In this document: positions 17,894 to 27,485 of the stretch, in pieces
Layout of the letters: every line of letters begins with the position of its first letter
Numbering within the stretch: position 1 is the stretch's first letter
Assembly: GCA_038057125.1 (NCBI GenBank)
Contig: JBBUDU010000003.1
Coordinates: forward strand, 85,978 to 144,955
Length of the DNA stretch: 58,978 nt
DNA from: Patescibacteria group bacterium
Lineage (GTDB): Bacteria > Patescibacteriota > Minisyncoccia > Phycocordibacterales > UBA1550
Reading direction: 5' to 3'
Notes under the pieces: generated by a model
What the model was told of the DNA's origin: nothing
The model's input: only the letters and a program-made list of their open reading frames with translations
Database searches by the model: none
Program-made: the position numbers and the translations under genes

Positions 17894-19159
17894 TTATCCA
17901 ATTTTATATCTACCGCCCATGTATGGGCGAAGTACCTCAGGAATTGTTATAGAGCCATCAGAGTTTTGATAGTTTTCTATGAGAGCAATAATAGGTCGTG
18001 GAGTGGGTAAAGCTGTACCATTAAGTGAATGTGCGAAACGCAACTTGCCATCTACGTCTTTGTAACGAATATTTAAACGACGTGTTTGAAAATCATGAAA
18101 ATATGAAATTGAGTGTGTTTCTCGGTATGTGTTTTGAGAAGGCACCCACGCTTCTATATCATATTTTTTTACTTGACCAAGACCTAGGTCACCACCACAG
18201 TTTACTACAACGTGGTAAGGGATCTTTAAATCCTGCATAACTTCCTCAGCGAGAGCAGCTAATTCTTCATGGTACTTTACGCTCTCCTCATGAACAGCTT
18301 CACACAGAACAACCTGCTCCATTTTGAAAAATTCATGGACCCGCATAAGTCCTTTGGTGTCCTTACTGTGACTCCCTGCTTCACGACGAAAACACGGAGA
18401 GAAAGCAATAAATTTCATAGGAAAATCTTCTTTGCGTAATACTTCATCCATATAGTATGCCATCGTGCCAACTTCACCAGTACCTGCAAGAAAATCACCA
18501 TCTTGTGTTTTATACAGGTCATCTTCTCCTTGAGGTAGGTACCCAGTTCCCACCATTGTTTCTCTTTTTACTAGAGACGGTACGAGGATTGGAGTGAACC
18601 CCTTAGCAACAAATTTTGCGAGGACAAATTGCCATAGCGCAAAATTAAGCAACATTCCATCATTTTTTAAAACATAACCACGGAACCCGGCCATTTTTGT
18701 CCCTCTTTCAAAATCTACGAGGTCCAATTTTTCCATAAGCTCAATGTGGTCTTTTGGAGTAAAATCAAATTTTGGAATCGTGCCCCATGTGCGCACTTCC
18801 ACATTGTCCGAATCTTCCTTGCCTTCTGGTACCGACACATCGGGGATGTTTGGCACCTGCACCATAAGTCCGTGCCATGTTTTCATTATCTCGGTCAGCT
18901 CGGCTTCTTTCCCCTGAAGGACTTCCTTAATCGCTTTTGATTCTATGATTAGCTTTTCACGCTCTTTTGGGTCTGTGGCGCGCGGTACGGCATCTGCAGT
19001 TTCATTTTGTTTACCACGCATAGCCTCTACATCAAGAAGAAGCGCGCGGCGCTCATCATCCACTCTCAAAAGCTCTGCGACATCAAAAGCAATGTTCTTT
19101 TTAACAGCCCCATCTTTCACGAGATCCGCATTCTCACGAATGAATTTGATGTCTAACAT
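17894..19159 (-). CDS. serS: seryl-tRNA synthetase
   Basis: MLDIKFIREN start, coiled-coil arm, class II motifs (FRRE..., GTALPTPR). Start placed at Met11 of the track ORF. Confidence 0.9.
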   Translation of the reverse strand: MLDIKFIRENADLVKDGAVKKNIAFDVAELLRVDDERRALLLDVEAMRGKQNETADAVPRATDPKEREKLIIESKAIKEVLQGKEAELTEIMKTWHGLMVQVPNIPDVSVPEGKEDSDNVEVRTWGTIPKFDFTPKDHIELMEKLDLVDFERGTKMAGFRGYVLKNDGMLLNFALWQFVLAKFVAKGFTPILVPSLVKRETMVGTGYLPQGEDDLYKTQDGDFLAGTGEVGTMAYYMDEVLRKEDFPMKFIAFSPCFRREAGSHSKDTKGLMRVHEFFKMEQVVLCEAVHEESVKYHEELAALAEEVMQDLKIPYHVVVNCGGDLGLGQVKKYDIEAWVPSQNTYRETHSISYFHDFQTRRLNIRYKDVDGKLRFAHSLNGTALPTPRPIIALIENYQNSDGSITIPEVLRPYMGGRYKIG

Positions 19160-19200
19160 ATAGTAGAGAGTATACCAGACGTGATACAATCAGTAAAATT

Positions 19201-20076
19201 ATGAGTAAGCAACATTCATATACTATTAGTACACTTCCGGCTCTGGAATTTCCAAAAGCGCTTCTTGAAATTCCGCAAGTTCCTGAAAAGCTTTTTATTG
19301 CGGGCGAGCTACCTGACCCGTCTCAATACTACTATTTGTCTGTCGTTGGTTCTCGAAAATATACGAGTTATGGGCGAGAAGCATGCGAACGCATTATCGC
19401 TGGACTTGCGGGCTATCCTATTTGTATCGTCTCTGGGCTAGCAATGGGAATCGACGGCATTGCGCATCGCGCGGCTCTTGATGCGGGGCTTCGCACCATC
19501 GCAGTACCCGGCTCGGGACTTGACCCGAAAGTTATTTACCCACGCACGCATTTAAACCTCGCTCGCGAGATTATTGAAAACGGAGGCGCGCTTCTTTCTG
19601 AATATGAGCCAGACTTCAGGGCGGCACCGTGGAGCTTTCCGCAGAGAAACAGAATTATGGCGGGGCTCTCACAAGGTGTGCTCATTGTTGAGGCTGAAGA
19701 AAAATCTGGCACGCTCATCACAGCGCGTATGGCGCTCGATTATAATAGAAATGTTTTCGTCGTTCCCGGCCCTATTTTTTCCGCTACATCAAAGGGCACC
19801 AATAATCTTCTTCGCCATGGCGCAACGCCGATTACTTCTGCAAAAGATTTACTTGAGGAAATTGGTTTTATTGAGCAAACATTCGGCACCCTCGACCTCG
19901 CGCTTTTTACTCCGGAAGAACAAGCGGTGCTTATACTATTAGATGAGCCACTCGCGCGCGAGGATATTCTCGCATCACTAGACACCCCTCCCGCCCAAAC
20001 GCTTTCAATACTCACTGTACTAGAAATAAAAGGTTTAATTCAGGAGCGAATGGGAAAAATTGAGCGTATGAAATAA
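19201..20076 (+). CDS. dprA: DNA-processing protein A
   Basis: Rossmann-like DprA core (VVGSRKYTSYG, SGLAMGIDGIAHRAAL, GTLITARMALDYNRNVFVVPG). Confidence 0.85.
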   Translation: MSKQHSYTISTLPALEFPKALLEIPQVPEKLFIAGELPDPSQYYYLSVVGSRKYTSYGREACERIIAGLAGYPICIVSGLAMGIDGIAHRAALDAGLRTIAVPGSGLDPKVIYPRTHLNLAREIIENGGALLSEYEPDFRAAPWSFPQRNRIMAGLSQGVLIVEAEEKSGTLITARMALDYNRNVFVVPGPIFSATSKGTNNLLRHGATPITSAKDLLEEIGFIEQTFGTLDLALFTPEEQAVLILLDEPLAREDILASLDTPPAQTLSILTVLEIKGLIQERMGKIERMK

Positions 20077-20090
20077 TAGATTATGGGGGC

Positions 20091-20119
20091 TTGACAAATA
20101 GCACAGGAGGTGCTATACT
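20091..20119 (+). promoter_or_regulatory. near-consensus sigma70 promoter
   Basis: TTGACA, 17-nt spacer, TATACT. Confidence 0.6.
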
Positions 20120-20182
20120 TGTCTTACATGAATCACGGCACCCTGCTGTGAATGTCATTTGAACCTTCAAGAGGCGAAAAAC

Positions 20183-20326
20183 ATGAACGTGTCATTCTTC
20201 CAAAGCTTCAAAAAACCTTACTCCTTCGGGGAAAAAGTTTTTCTGACGGTGGTCACGGTTATCGTTACTGTCGCAATAACCGTCGCCTACACTCATTGGA
20301 TACCGATTGTACTCCATCGTTCATAA
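20183..20326 (+). CDS. 47-aa single-TM micro-protein (MNVSFFQSFKKPYSFGEKVFLTVVTVIVTVAITVAYTHWIPIVLHRS)
   Basis: Hand-translated. AGAGG lies upstream of the ATG. Sits between the promoter at 20091 and the terminator at 20351. Preferred over the overlapping 65-aa track ORF. Confidence 0.35.
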   Translation: MNVSFFQSFKKPYSFGEKVFLTVVTVIVTVAITVAYTHWIPIVLHRS

Positions 20327-20350
20327 AACAACGGAGTATGAAAAAATAAT

Positions 20351-20389
20351 CCGTGTAGCACTATCACAGTGCTACGCGGATTTTATTTT
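20351..20389 (+). terminator. rho-independent terminator
   Basis: A 12-bp stem, ccgtgtagcact/agtgctacgcgg, followed by ATTTTATTTT. Confidence 0.6.
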
Positions 20390-20432
20390 CCAATTTGCAA
20401 AAAATATCACTCTATAGTACTACTATGTATTA

Positions 20433-22640
20433 ATGTCTACTAAGTCATACAAACTCCTCATCGTTGAGTCGCCATCAAAAGCGAAGACGATTGGAAAATA
20501 TTTGGGTAACGAATATATCGTGAAGGCGAGTGTCGGGCATGTGCGCGACCTACCAAAATCGAACAAACAAGCTATCGATATCCCCGGTGGCTTTATTCCG
20601 TTTTATGAAATCTCCAAGGGCAAGGCGGACATAGTGCACGAGATTGACTCCCTTGCAAAAAAAGCGAGCGAAGTACTGTTAGCAACGGACCCCGACCGTG
20701 AGGGTGAGGCTATTGCTTGGCACATCGCAGAGGCTTGTGGATTGAAAAACCCAAAGCGTGTTACCTATCACGAAATTACCAAAGCTGCCATCGAGGAAGC
20801 TATTGCACACCCAAGAAAGATAGACCAAAATCTTCGCAAAGCTCAGGAGGCGCGTCGCGTACTCGACCGGCTCGTGGGCTACGACCTCTCGGGTCTCATT
20901 TGGAAAAAGGTGCGCTACGGCCTTTCGGCTGGTCGGGTGCAGTCCCCTGCTCTCCGTATCATTATGGAGCGTGAGCGAGAAATCCGCGCATTTATCCCCG
21001 AAGCATATTGGGCACTCACCGCAAAAGTTAAAACAATGAAGGGTTCCGAGCTCGAGCTTTCGTGTACCGAGGAACCGCGTGACGAAAATATCGTGAAAAA
21101 TATTTTAAAAATTGGACGCGCGAATCAGTGGGTTGTGCGCGAGGTAAAAGAAAGCGAAGTGAGTCGCACACCAAAAGCGCCATTTATCACTTCCACACTC
21201 CAACAAGCAGGCTCATCGCGTTTTGGTTTTGCGCCGTCTCGCACGATGGGTATCGCGCAAAAACTTTACGAAAAAGGTTTTATCACTTACATGCGTACCG
21301 ACAGCACGACACTTTCAAAAGACGCGACCACGGCAATACTCGCAGAAATCACCAAGCGCTATGGCGCCACATCCGCAGAGGCGCGCGTATTTAAAACCAA
21401 AAGTAAAAATGCGCAGGAGGCGCACGAAGCTATTCGCCCCACCGATATGGGAAAGGACGACTTAGGCATCAACCCCGAAGAGAAAAAACTTTATCGACTC
21501 ATCTGGGCGCGCACAATCGCATCGCAAATGATTGACGCAAAACTCGCCCGCACAACCATCCTCGCGAATGTCCGAGACTTTTCAATACCCAATTTTTCTG
21601 TTACCGGTTCGCGCGTTATTATGCCCGGGTGGCTCTCCGCAGACCCAGACTCGCGGGGTGAGGATGTGGAGCTCCCAAAGGTTACAGAGGGTGAATCGCT
21701 CATGCTCCTTTCTCTTGATGATGAAGCAAAATTTACCGAGCCACCACCTCGCTACTCCGAGGCAGGGCTTGTAAAGGAGCTGGAGAAGCGCGACATCGGC
21801 CGTCCATCCACATACGCGTCTATTATTAAAACCATTCTCGATCGTGGCTATGTTATAAAAGACGGCAAGGCGCTCAAACCCACCGACACGGGCGATGTGG
21901 TGAGTTCTTTTCTCGAAGAGCATTTTGCAAACTACATCTCAGACACTTTTACCGCAGAAATGGAGAACAAACTCGACGACATCGCAAACGGCGAACGCGA
22001 GTATGTAAAAACACTAAAAGAATTTTACGGACCTTTTTTGAAAGAAGTAAAGTCAAAAGACAAAATTGACAAACTCACCACGCTCGGCGATGCAGACCCA
22101 AAACACAAATGTCCAAAGTGCAATGGCTCGATGATTATAAAGCTAGCGCGCACGGGGAAATTTTTGTCCTGTAAAAATTATCCTGAATGCGTTGGCGCGC
22201 GCATGATAGACGGCACCGAGCTCGCTGGTCCCCGCGACACGGGCGAGCTGTGCCCAAAATGCGAAAAGGCAAACCTCGTGGAACGCGACGGTCGCTTTGG
22301 CAGATTCATCGCCTGCGGAAGCTACCCGAAATGCAAGTTTATTAAAAAAGACGAAGCAGCGGCACTTCTCAATCACACTGGCGTACCTTGCCCTGCCTGT
22401 AAAAAAGGTTTTATGACCGAACGCAAGGGCCGTTTCGGTATTTTCTATAGCTGTACAGGCTATCCCGACTGCAAGAACGCAATCAAAGCAAAGCCCACCG
22501 GAAACTTTTGTACATATCCAAAACTTGATGACTCTGCCTGTGGATCACTCATGATGCTCGGCACCAAAACAATTCCTGAACGCTGTTCACTGAAAACTTG
22601 CCCTAACCACAATCCACACAAACTCGAGAAAGCAAAATAA
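20433..22640 (+). CDS. topA: DNA topoisomerase I with C-terminal zinc-ribbon repeats
   Basis: TOPRIM start LLIVESPSKAKTIGKYLG, active-site region GFITYMRTDS, and four C-terminal CxxC...CxxC fingers. Confidence 0.92.
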   Translation: MSTKSYKLLIVESPSKAKTIGKYLGNEYIVKASVGHVRDLPKSNKQAIDIPGGFIPFYEISKGKADIVHEIDSLAKKASEVLLATDPDREGEAIAWHIAEACGLKNPKRVTYHEITKAAIEEAIAHPRKIDQNLRKAQEARRVLDRLVGYDLSGLIWKKVRYGLSAGRVQSPALRIIMEREREIRAFIPEAYWALTAKVKTMKGSELELSCTEEPRDENIVKNILKIGRANQWVVREVKESEVSRTPKAPFITSTLQQAGSSRFGFAPSRTMGIAQKLYEKGFITYMRTDSTTLSKDATTAILAEITKRYGATSAEARVFKTKSKNAQEAHEAIRPTDMGKDDLGINPEEKKLYRLIWARTIASQMIDAKLARTTILANVRDFSIPNFSVTGSRVIMPGWLSADPDSRGEDVELPKVTEGESLMLLSLDDEAKFTEPPPRYSEAGLVKELEKRDIGRPSTYASIIKTILDRGYVIKDGKALKPTDTGDVVSSFLEEHFANYISDTFTAEMENKLDDIANGEREYVKTLKEFYGPFLKEVKSKDKIDKLTTLGDADPKHKCPKCNGSMIIKLARTGKFLSCKNYPECVGARMIDGTELAGPRDTGELCPKCEKANLVERDGRFGRFIACGSYPKCKFIKKDEAAALLNHTGVPCPACKKGFMTERKGRFGIFYSCTGYPDCKNAIKAKPTGNFCTYPKLDDSACGSLMMLGTKTIPERCSLKTCPNHNPHKLEKAK

Positions 22641-22700
22641 GGAAAAGCAAATAAAAAGCCCGCCCTTTTTAAAAAGGGCGGGCTTTTTATTTGCTTTTCC
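22641..22700. terminator. perfect 60-bp palindrome (30-bp arms), bidirectional terminator-like
   Basis: ggaaaagcaaataaaaagcccgcccttttt / aaaaagggcgggctttttatttgcttttcc. The GC core gcccgccc/gggcgggc is flanked by A/T runs on both sides. Confidence 0.7.
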
Positions 22701-22725
22701 TTACACATTCCCATAATATTAAAAG

Positions 22726-24231
22726 ATGTCTCATCCTTCATATCCATCAGTCGATGAAATAATCGCGCTTATGAAATCGCCAAGAGAGGGCGAGCGCGAA
22801 CTTATTGCAAAAGCTTACACATTTGCACAAAAAGCTCACGATGGACAAAAACGCTACTCTGGCGAACCATACTTCAACCATGTTGCCCATGTGGGCGCAA
22901 ACCTCGCGCAAATTCATGTCGACGCGGTAACCGTTGTTGCAGGGCTCCTTCATGACACGATAGAAGATGCGAACATCTTGCCCAAAAATATAGAACAAGA
23001 ATTTGGAAAAGAAGTTCTAACGCTAGTAGAAGGTGTGACCAAACTCGGTAAACTCAAATATCGCGGCGTGGAACGACATGTAGAAAGTTTGCGCAAATTT
23101 TTCATTGCAATGTCTCACGATGTCCGCGTGCTCTTGATCAAGCTCGCCGACCGTCTCCACAACATTCAGACACTAGAACATGTTCCAGAGGCAAAAAGAC
23201 ATAGGATTGCTCTAGAGACCCTAGAGATCCACGCGCGCCTCGCTGATCGTTTTGGTATGGGAAAATGGAAAGCAATATTTGAAGATTCGGCCTTCCCTTA
23301 TGCTTTCCCAAAAGAGCATGCGCAAGTCCTCGCCGTCATAAAGAATAAACGAATTGCCGACGAAAAGTATGCAGAAAAAATTCACCGTTCTATCCAAAAA
23401 GAACTCGTTGCAAACGGCCTCAAAACTGCGCGCGTAGACTACCGCGTAAAAAACCTTTTCAGTTTGTGGAAAAAACTCCAACGCAAGGAAATGGACCCTG
23501 ACAAGGTGTACGACATTCTTGCCGTGCGTGTCATTGTAAAGTCTGTAGAAGACTGCTACCGCGCACTCGGCATCATTCACAAACATTGGCGTCCTGTTTC
23601 CGGTAGAGTCAAAGACTACATTGCTGTGTCAAAAGCAAACGGCTACCGTTCTCTCCACACCACTATTTTTCGCGGAGATGGCGGTATTATTGAAATACAA
23701 ATTCGTACTGAAGAAATGCACAATGAGGCACAATACGGTATCGCTTCACATCTCGCTTACAAAGAAAAAGGTGGTGCTACAGGTTCCCGTCCAGGACGCG
23801 AATCTGTTGATTCGAAAAATCTCGCGTGGGTTAAAGAGCTTACAAAATGGCAAAAAGAAGTTGCGAGCTCTGATGAATTTATGGAACATCTCCATATGGA
23901 TTTTTTCAAAAATCGCGTATTTGTATTCACACCAAAAGGTGATGTGATTGACCTCCCTGAAGATTCAAGCCCCATCGATTTTGCATACGCTATTCATTCC
24001 AACATCGGCAACCACCTGTCGGGAGCAAAAATAAACGGCAAACTTGTCTCAATAGAAACAAAGCTAAAGAATGGCGACATTGTTGAAATCGAAACAAAAG
24101 AAAATGCGACACCAAAGCGCAAGTGGCTCGACTACACAAAAACAACAATGGCAAAGAGGCATATTCGTATTTACCTCGAGAAAACGAGTACAATCGGCGC
24201 TATTGCTCAGAGGTTTTTCAGAAAGAAATAA
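22726..24231 (+). CDS. rel: bifunctional (p)ppGpp synthetase/hydrolase, RelA/SpoT homologue (HD + synthetase + TGS)
   Basis: HD motif LLHDTIED, synthetase region YRSLHTT, C-terminal TGS-like segment. 501 aa, so the distal regulatory domains are absent. Confidence 0.85.
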   Translation: MSHPSYPSVDEIIALMKSPREGERELIAKAYTFAQKAHDGQKRYSGEPYFNHVAHVGANLAQIHVDAVTVVAGLLHDTIEDANILPKNIEQEFGKEVLTLVEGVTKLGKLKYRGVERHVESLRKFFIAMSHDVRVLLIKLADRLHNIQTLEHVPEAKRHRIALETLEIHARLADRFGMGKWKAIFEDSAFPYAFPKEHAQVLAVIKNKRIADEKYAEKIHRSIQKELVANGLKTARVDYRVKNLFSLWKKLQRKEMDPDKVYDILAVRVIVKSVEDCYRALGIIHKHWRPVSGRVKDYIAVSKANGYRSLHTTIFRGDGGIIEIQIRTEEMHNEAQYGIASHLAYKEKGGATGSRPGRESVDSKNLAWVKELTKWQKEVASSDEFMEHLHMDFFKNRVFVFTPKGDVIDLPEDSSPIDFAYAIHSNIGNHLSGAKINGKLVSIETKLKNGDIVEIETKENATPKRKWLDYTKTTMAKRHIRIYLEKTSTIGAIAQRFFRKK

Positions 24232-24240
24232 CAACAAAAA

Positions 24241-24290
24241 AACTATCTGCATAATAAGAATGCGGTCGCATTCTTATTATGCAGATAGTT
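24241..24290. terminator. bidirectional terminator between convergent rel and parB
   Basis: A stem of about 23 bp, aactatctgcataataagaatgc / gcattcttattatgcagatagtt, with an A-run before and a T-run after. Confidence 0.75.
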
Positions 24291-24301
24291 TTTTGCTTAT
24301 A

Positions 24302-25303
24302 TTACAGCGAGAAGTTTTTCACATTGTAAAGATCCTCGTCTGGGTCTTTTTCCATCGCATCCTCCCCGCCTTCTGCGAGCTCGTCAGCCTGCGCTGGAGT
24401 TACCGCTTCGGTTGGAGTTTCACCAAGCGGTGCCTCAATTTTTCCTGTCTCTATTTCATTATGCAAACGCTTCATAAAGTTGCGTACATCGTCATTTGAG
24501 AAAAAATCAATAACAATTTTCCCGCCGCCTTCTCGCTTTTCGATATGTACACGCGTTCCTAAAACTTCAGTGAGTTCTGCTTCAAACTCCGCAACCTCAG
24601 GATCAATAAGACCGAGCTTTCGAACTTTTTCTACCGCAATCCGGCGCGCAATCCGTTCAGATTCGCGCACATTCAACTTTTTGAAAATTATTTCCTTGTA
24701 AAGAGTCAGCTGTTCTTCTTTGCGATCACAAAGCATGAGAAGTGGGCGCGTATGTCCCTCGGTAATTTTACGCTCCGCCAGAGCAATAAGCATTTCTTCG
24801 GGAAGAGCGAGGAGGCGGAGTGTGTTGGAGACATACTCACGGCTTTTACCCACCTTTACAGCAATTTGCACATGCTTGAAACCAAAATCGTCCACAAGGC
24901 GCTGAAATGCCCTTGCGCGGTCGACAGGATTCAAGTCTTCACGTTGCAAATTTTCGATAATAGCGAGCTCGAGCTTTACTCTGTCTTCTTCCTCTTTTCC
25001 CTCTTCGCCGATACGAATGAGCACCGGCACTTGCGAGAGTCCTGCGATTTTTGATGCACGCAAGCGGCGCTCTCCGGCAATAAGCTCGTACTCCACCGCG
25101 AGACCTCCATCGGACTTTTCAATCTCACGGCGCGTGACCACGAGAGGCTGTAAAATACCGTATTGTTTTATGGAATCCGCAAGGTCGCGGAGTTTGTGCT
25201 CGTCAAACTCCTTTCGTGGCTGAAAAGGGTTTGGCTTAATTTTATCAATTTCAATCCAGAAGATTGAGTTTTGATACATTTGATTTGGCATTCCGATGGG
25301 CAT
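24302..25303 (-). CDS. parB: ParB/Spo0J chromosome partitioning protein
   Basis: NPFQPRKEF and GILQPLVV ParB boxes, GERRLRA arginine patch, HTH region. Confidence 0.85.
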   Translation of the reverse strand: MPIGMPNQMYQNSIFWIEIDKIKPNPFQPRKEFDEHKLRDLADSIKQYGILQPLVVTRREIEKSDGGLAVEYELIAGERRLRASKIAGLSQVPVLIRIGEEGKEEEDRVKLELAIIENLQREDLNPVDRARAFQRLVDDFGFKHVQIAVKVGKSREYVSNTLRLLALPEEMLIALAERKITEGHTRPLLMLCDRKEEQLTLYKEIIFKKLNVRESERIARRIAVEKVRKLGLIDPEVAEFEAELTEVLGTRVHIEKREGGGKIVIDFFSNDDVRNFMKRLHNEIETGKIEAPLGETPTEAVTPAQADELAEGGEDAMEKDPDEDLYNVKNFSL

Positions 25304-25430
25304 GAGAGTAAATAATTAAATTCTGTTCACTCATCTTATCACACAAAAACGCATCCGCAAAAAATTGACAAAACAAAATACAAGATGGTAAACTACTAAA
25401 AGTGACATACACAAGTAAGGAGACACCATC

Positions 25431-25631
25431 ATGGAAATACCAAAAAATCTCGACCCTCGAACCCAAGCAATCCTCCAGAGCCATCTCAAAGATCCTGCTT
25501 TGATTAATGGCGAGACAGGACATCTTGAAGTACCCGATCAAACAACTACTGACAAGGCACCCATTGAACAAAAGACAAAAAAGGCTTTTCCAACGTTTGC
25601 TGAAAAATCACTTCCACCAGAACGGGATTGA
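25431..25631 (+). CDS. hypothetical small protein, 66 aa
   Basis: AAGGAG lies 8 nt upstream of the ATG. A hairpin terminator (atgcccacac...gtgtgggcat plus T-run) follows at about 25647-25680. Confidence 0.5.
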   Translation: MEIPKNLDPRTQAILQSHLKDPALINGETGHLEVPDQTTTDKAPIEQKTKKAFPTFAEKSLPPERD

Positions 25632-25703
25632 ATGTCCAAAATAAATGCCCACACCGTTATTTACGGATGTGGGCATTTTCTTTTTACTTCGGCGATTCGC
25701 AGG

Positions 25704-25811
25704 TTAAGGCTTGTGTTCCTTTTCGTCTTGTCCGGTCAATTCCCTGACTTGTGACGGGGATACAAACGCTTGCAACACAGCTACAATGGCCGAGCAGATT
25801 TTCTTAAGCAT
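25704..25811 (-). CDS. possible 35-aa micro-protein (MLKKICSAIVAVLQAFVSPSQVRELTGQDEKEHKP)
   Basis: Hand-translated. GGAGG lies 5 nt upstream of the ATG. There is no other support. Confidence 0.25.
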   Translation of the reverse strand: MLKKICSAIVAVLQAFVSPSQVRELTGQDEKEHKP

Positions 25812-25891
25812 GGAGCAACCTCCGTATGTGATTTCCAAATATATCGTACCACAATTCCAAATAAAAAGCAAGTGCGAGTAATCATCTGCTC

Positions 25892-26605
25892 CTAAAGCTC
25901 GTAAATCACGTCCTTGCGTTCAACCACTGTTTCCCAATCCATTCTTTTTGCATGGCGGTAAAGTTTTAGGTTTGGATTAAAACAAATTGGTCGATCAACA
26001 AGTTCAAGAAATGAAATATCACCCTCGGTGTCTCCCACACCAACAGAACCTACAAGAGTTAGTCCTTCTTTTTCAACCGCGCGCCGTAGGATACCAGCCT
26101 TGTTCGCAATCAAGTGTTCATCCATAATATTTCCAGTAAAGCATTCTGTGGGTCCGGTCTCATAGAGTCGCCCATAAGTTTTGTCAAAACCAATTTCTTT
26201 ACAAAACAGATCAAGGGTTCCCTTTGGCGACTGCGAGATTGCAAGAAGGAAATATCCTTTCTTTTTTAAGTCTTTTATTAGCTTTTCTGTAAAGACGTAT
26301 GTGCGATGACGATAACGCTCAACTACAAGCTCTGATGCACGCATAAATTCACGGTACGGCATACCTTTTATATTTTTCAAAAATACTCCCACGACCGCCA
26401 TAATATAAGACTCGTAGTCGCCCTTGCGGTTGAGCCAGCGCACTTTTTCACGCTCGTACTCCGCGCGTACTTCAATAGGAAAAAGTCCAACTTCTATCAA
26501 AACTTCGACAAGCTCAATGAGCAAGCTTGAACGGAAAATAGTGCCGTCTATGTCAAATATCGCCACCTTACGCAATGTGTCTTTTTTGAGTATCGCCATA
26601 TGCAT
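25892..26605 (-). CDS. HAD-superfamily hydrolase (SerB/phosphatase-like)
   Basis: Motif I, FDIDGTIF, near the N-terminus. Motif IV-like GVGDTEGD near the C-terminus. Confidence 0.75.
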   Translation of the reverse strand: MHMAILKKDTLRKVAIFDIDGTIFRSSLLIELVEVLIEVGLFPIEVRAEYEREKVRWLNRKGDYESYIMAVVGVFLKNIKGMPYREFMRASELVVERYRHRTYVFTEKLIKDLKKKGYFLLAISQSPKGTLDLFCKEIGFDKTYGRLYETGPTECFTGNIMDEHLIANKAGILRRAVEKEGLTLVGSVGVGDTEGDISFLELVDRPICFNPNLKLYRHAKRMDWETVVERKDVIYEL

Positions 26606-26696
26606 TACATTTTACATCGTTTAAGACACTGACGCAAAAGAAAAAAGCCCAGCCACTCTAGAGTGGCTGGGCGTTTTTGAATTTTTTACATTTTTA

Positions 26697-27059
26697 CTAT
26701 TTTGGTCGCGTAGGGCGTCTTTCAAGCTGCCCTACAACACGCCTTACTTCCTTCGTGCGGTGGAGTTTCCTCTTGTCGCTAAAGGGCCACAATTTCATCG
26801 CACTCTCGCCTTCTGTCTGCGTAAACACCCGAAAGAGGTGTTTAAAATTCAAAATGTTACGTTCCATGAGCGCAACAAAAGGATGGTCAACTTCTACAAC
26901 ATCGTGTGCCACGCCTTTGTTGTCTACTTTGCCGTGATAAATCTTGTCTTCAGTCGCCTTGCACAACCCTACGAGAGCCATCATGGCATTTTCGTTGGTA
27001 GTCGCATTGCGCGGTTCCACAAACCACCTCGTCACTCTTTCCACCTTTTCGGAACCCAT
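26697..27059 (-). CDS. hypothetical protein, 120 aa, basic C-terminal tail
   Basis: AGGAGG RBS. The ATG directly abuts the stop codon of the upstream 47-aa membrane ORF, with no gap. A hairpin terminator lies downstream at about 26646-26672. Confidence 0.5.
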   Translation of the reverse strand: MGSEKVERVTRWFVEPRNATTNENAMMALVGLCKATEDKIYHGKVDNKGVAHDVVEVDHPFVALMERNILNFKHLFRVFTQTEGESAMKLWPFSDKRKLHRTKEVRRVVGQLERRPTRPK

Positions 27060-27203
27060 GTTATCCTCCTGTGTTTTGCATCATTTGCTTCATATAAACA
27101 ATCATTGCGATTTGAAACACAACGACAGGTACAATAACAGATGCAACAACAAAGATCAAAATTACCCACAGTAATGTGAGGACAATTCCTGCGAAGAGAA
27201 TCA
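27060..27203 (-). CDS. 47-aa hydrophobic micro-protein (MILFAGIVLTLLWVILIFVVASVIVPVVVFQIAMIVYMKQMMQNTGG)
   Basis: Hand-translated. GGAGGG lies upstream of the ATG. The stop codon directly abuts the start of the next gene. Confidence 0.4.
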
Positions 27204-27360
27204 TACACCCTCCATTCATTGCAAACATTTGAAATGACTATCTAAGCTCCACCATACCACAAAAATATATAAAAGCAACGCCCCGAAACGGTAAATTCGC
27301 AAAAAGAGCAAAAATGTGCTATGGTTTTTGTAAGCGCCATTGGGCGCTTTGAAATTAACA

Positions 27361-27432
27361 GGCCCTATCGTCTATCGGTTAGGACACATCCTTCTCAAGG
27401 ATGGAAGCGCGGTTCGATTCCGCGTAGGGTCA
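27361..27432 (+). tRNA. tRNA-Glu (anticodon CUC)
   Basis: Manual cloverleaf: acceptor GGCCCTA/TAGGGTC, D arm GTCT-ATCGGTTA-GGAC, anticodon arm CATCC-TTCTCAA-GGATG, T arm CGCGG-TTCGATT-CCGCG. CCA is not encoded. Confidence 0.85.
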
Positions 27433-27443
27433 CTCGTAAAAAA

Positions 27444-27485
27444 GAAAAGGCTGACAATTGCATGATTGTCAGCCTTTTCTTTTTT
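27444..27485. terminator. bidirectional terminator between tRNA-Glu and murF
   Basis: A 15-bp stem, gaaaaggctgacaat/attgtcagccttttc, flanked by A and T runs. Confidence 0.7.
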
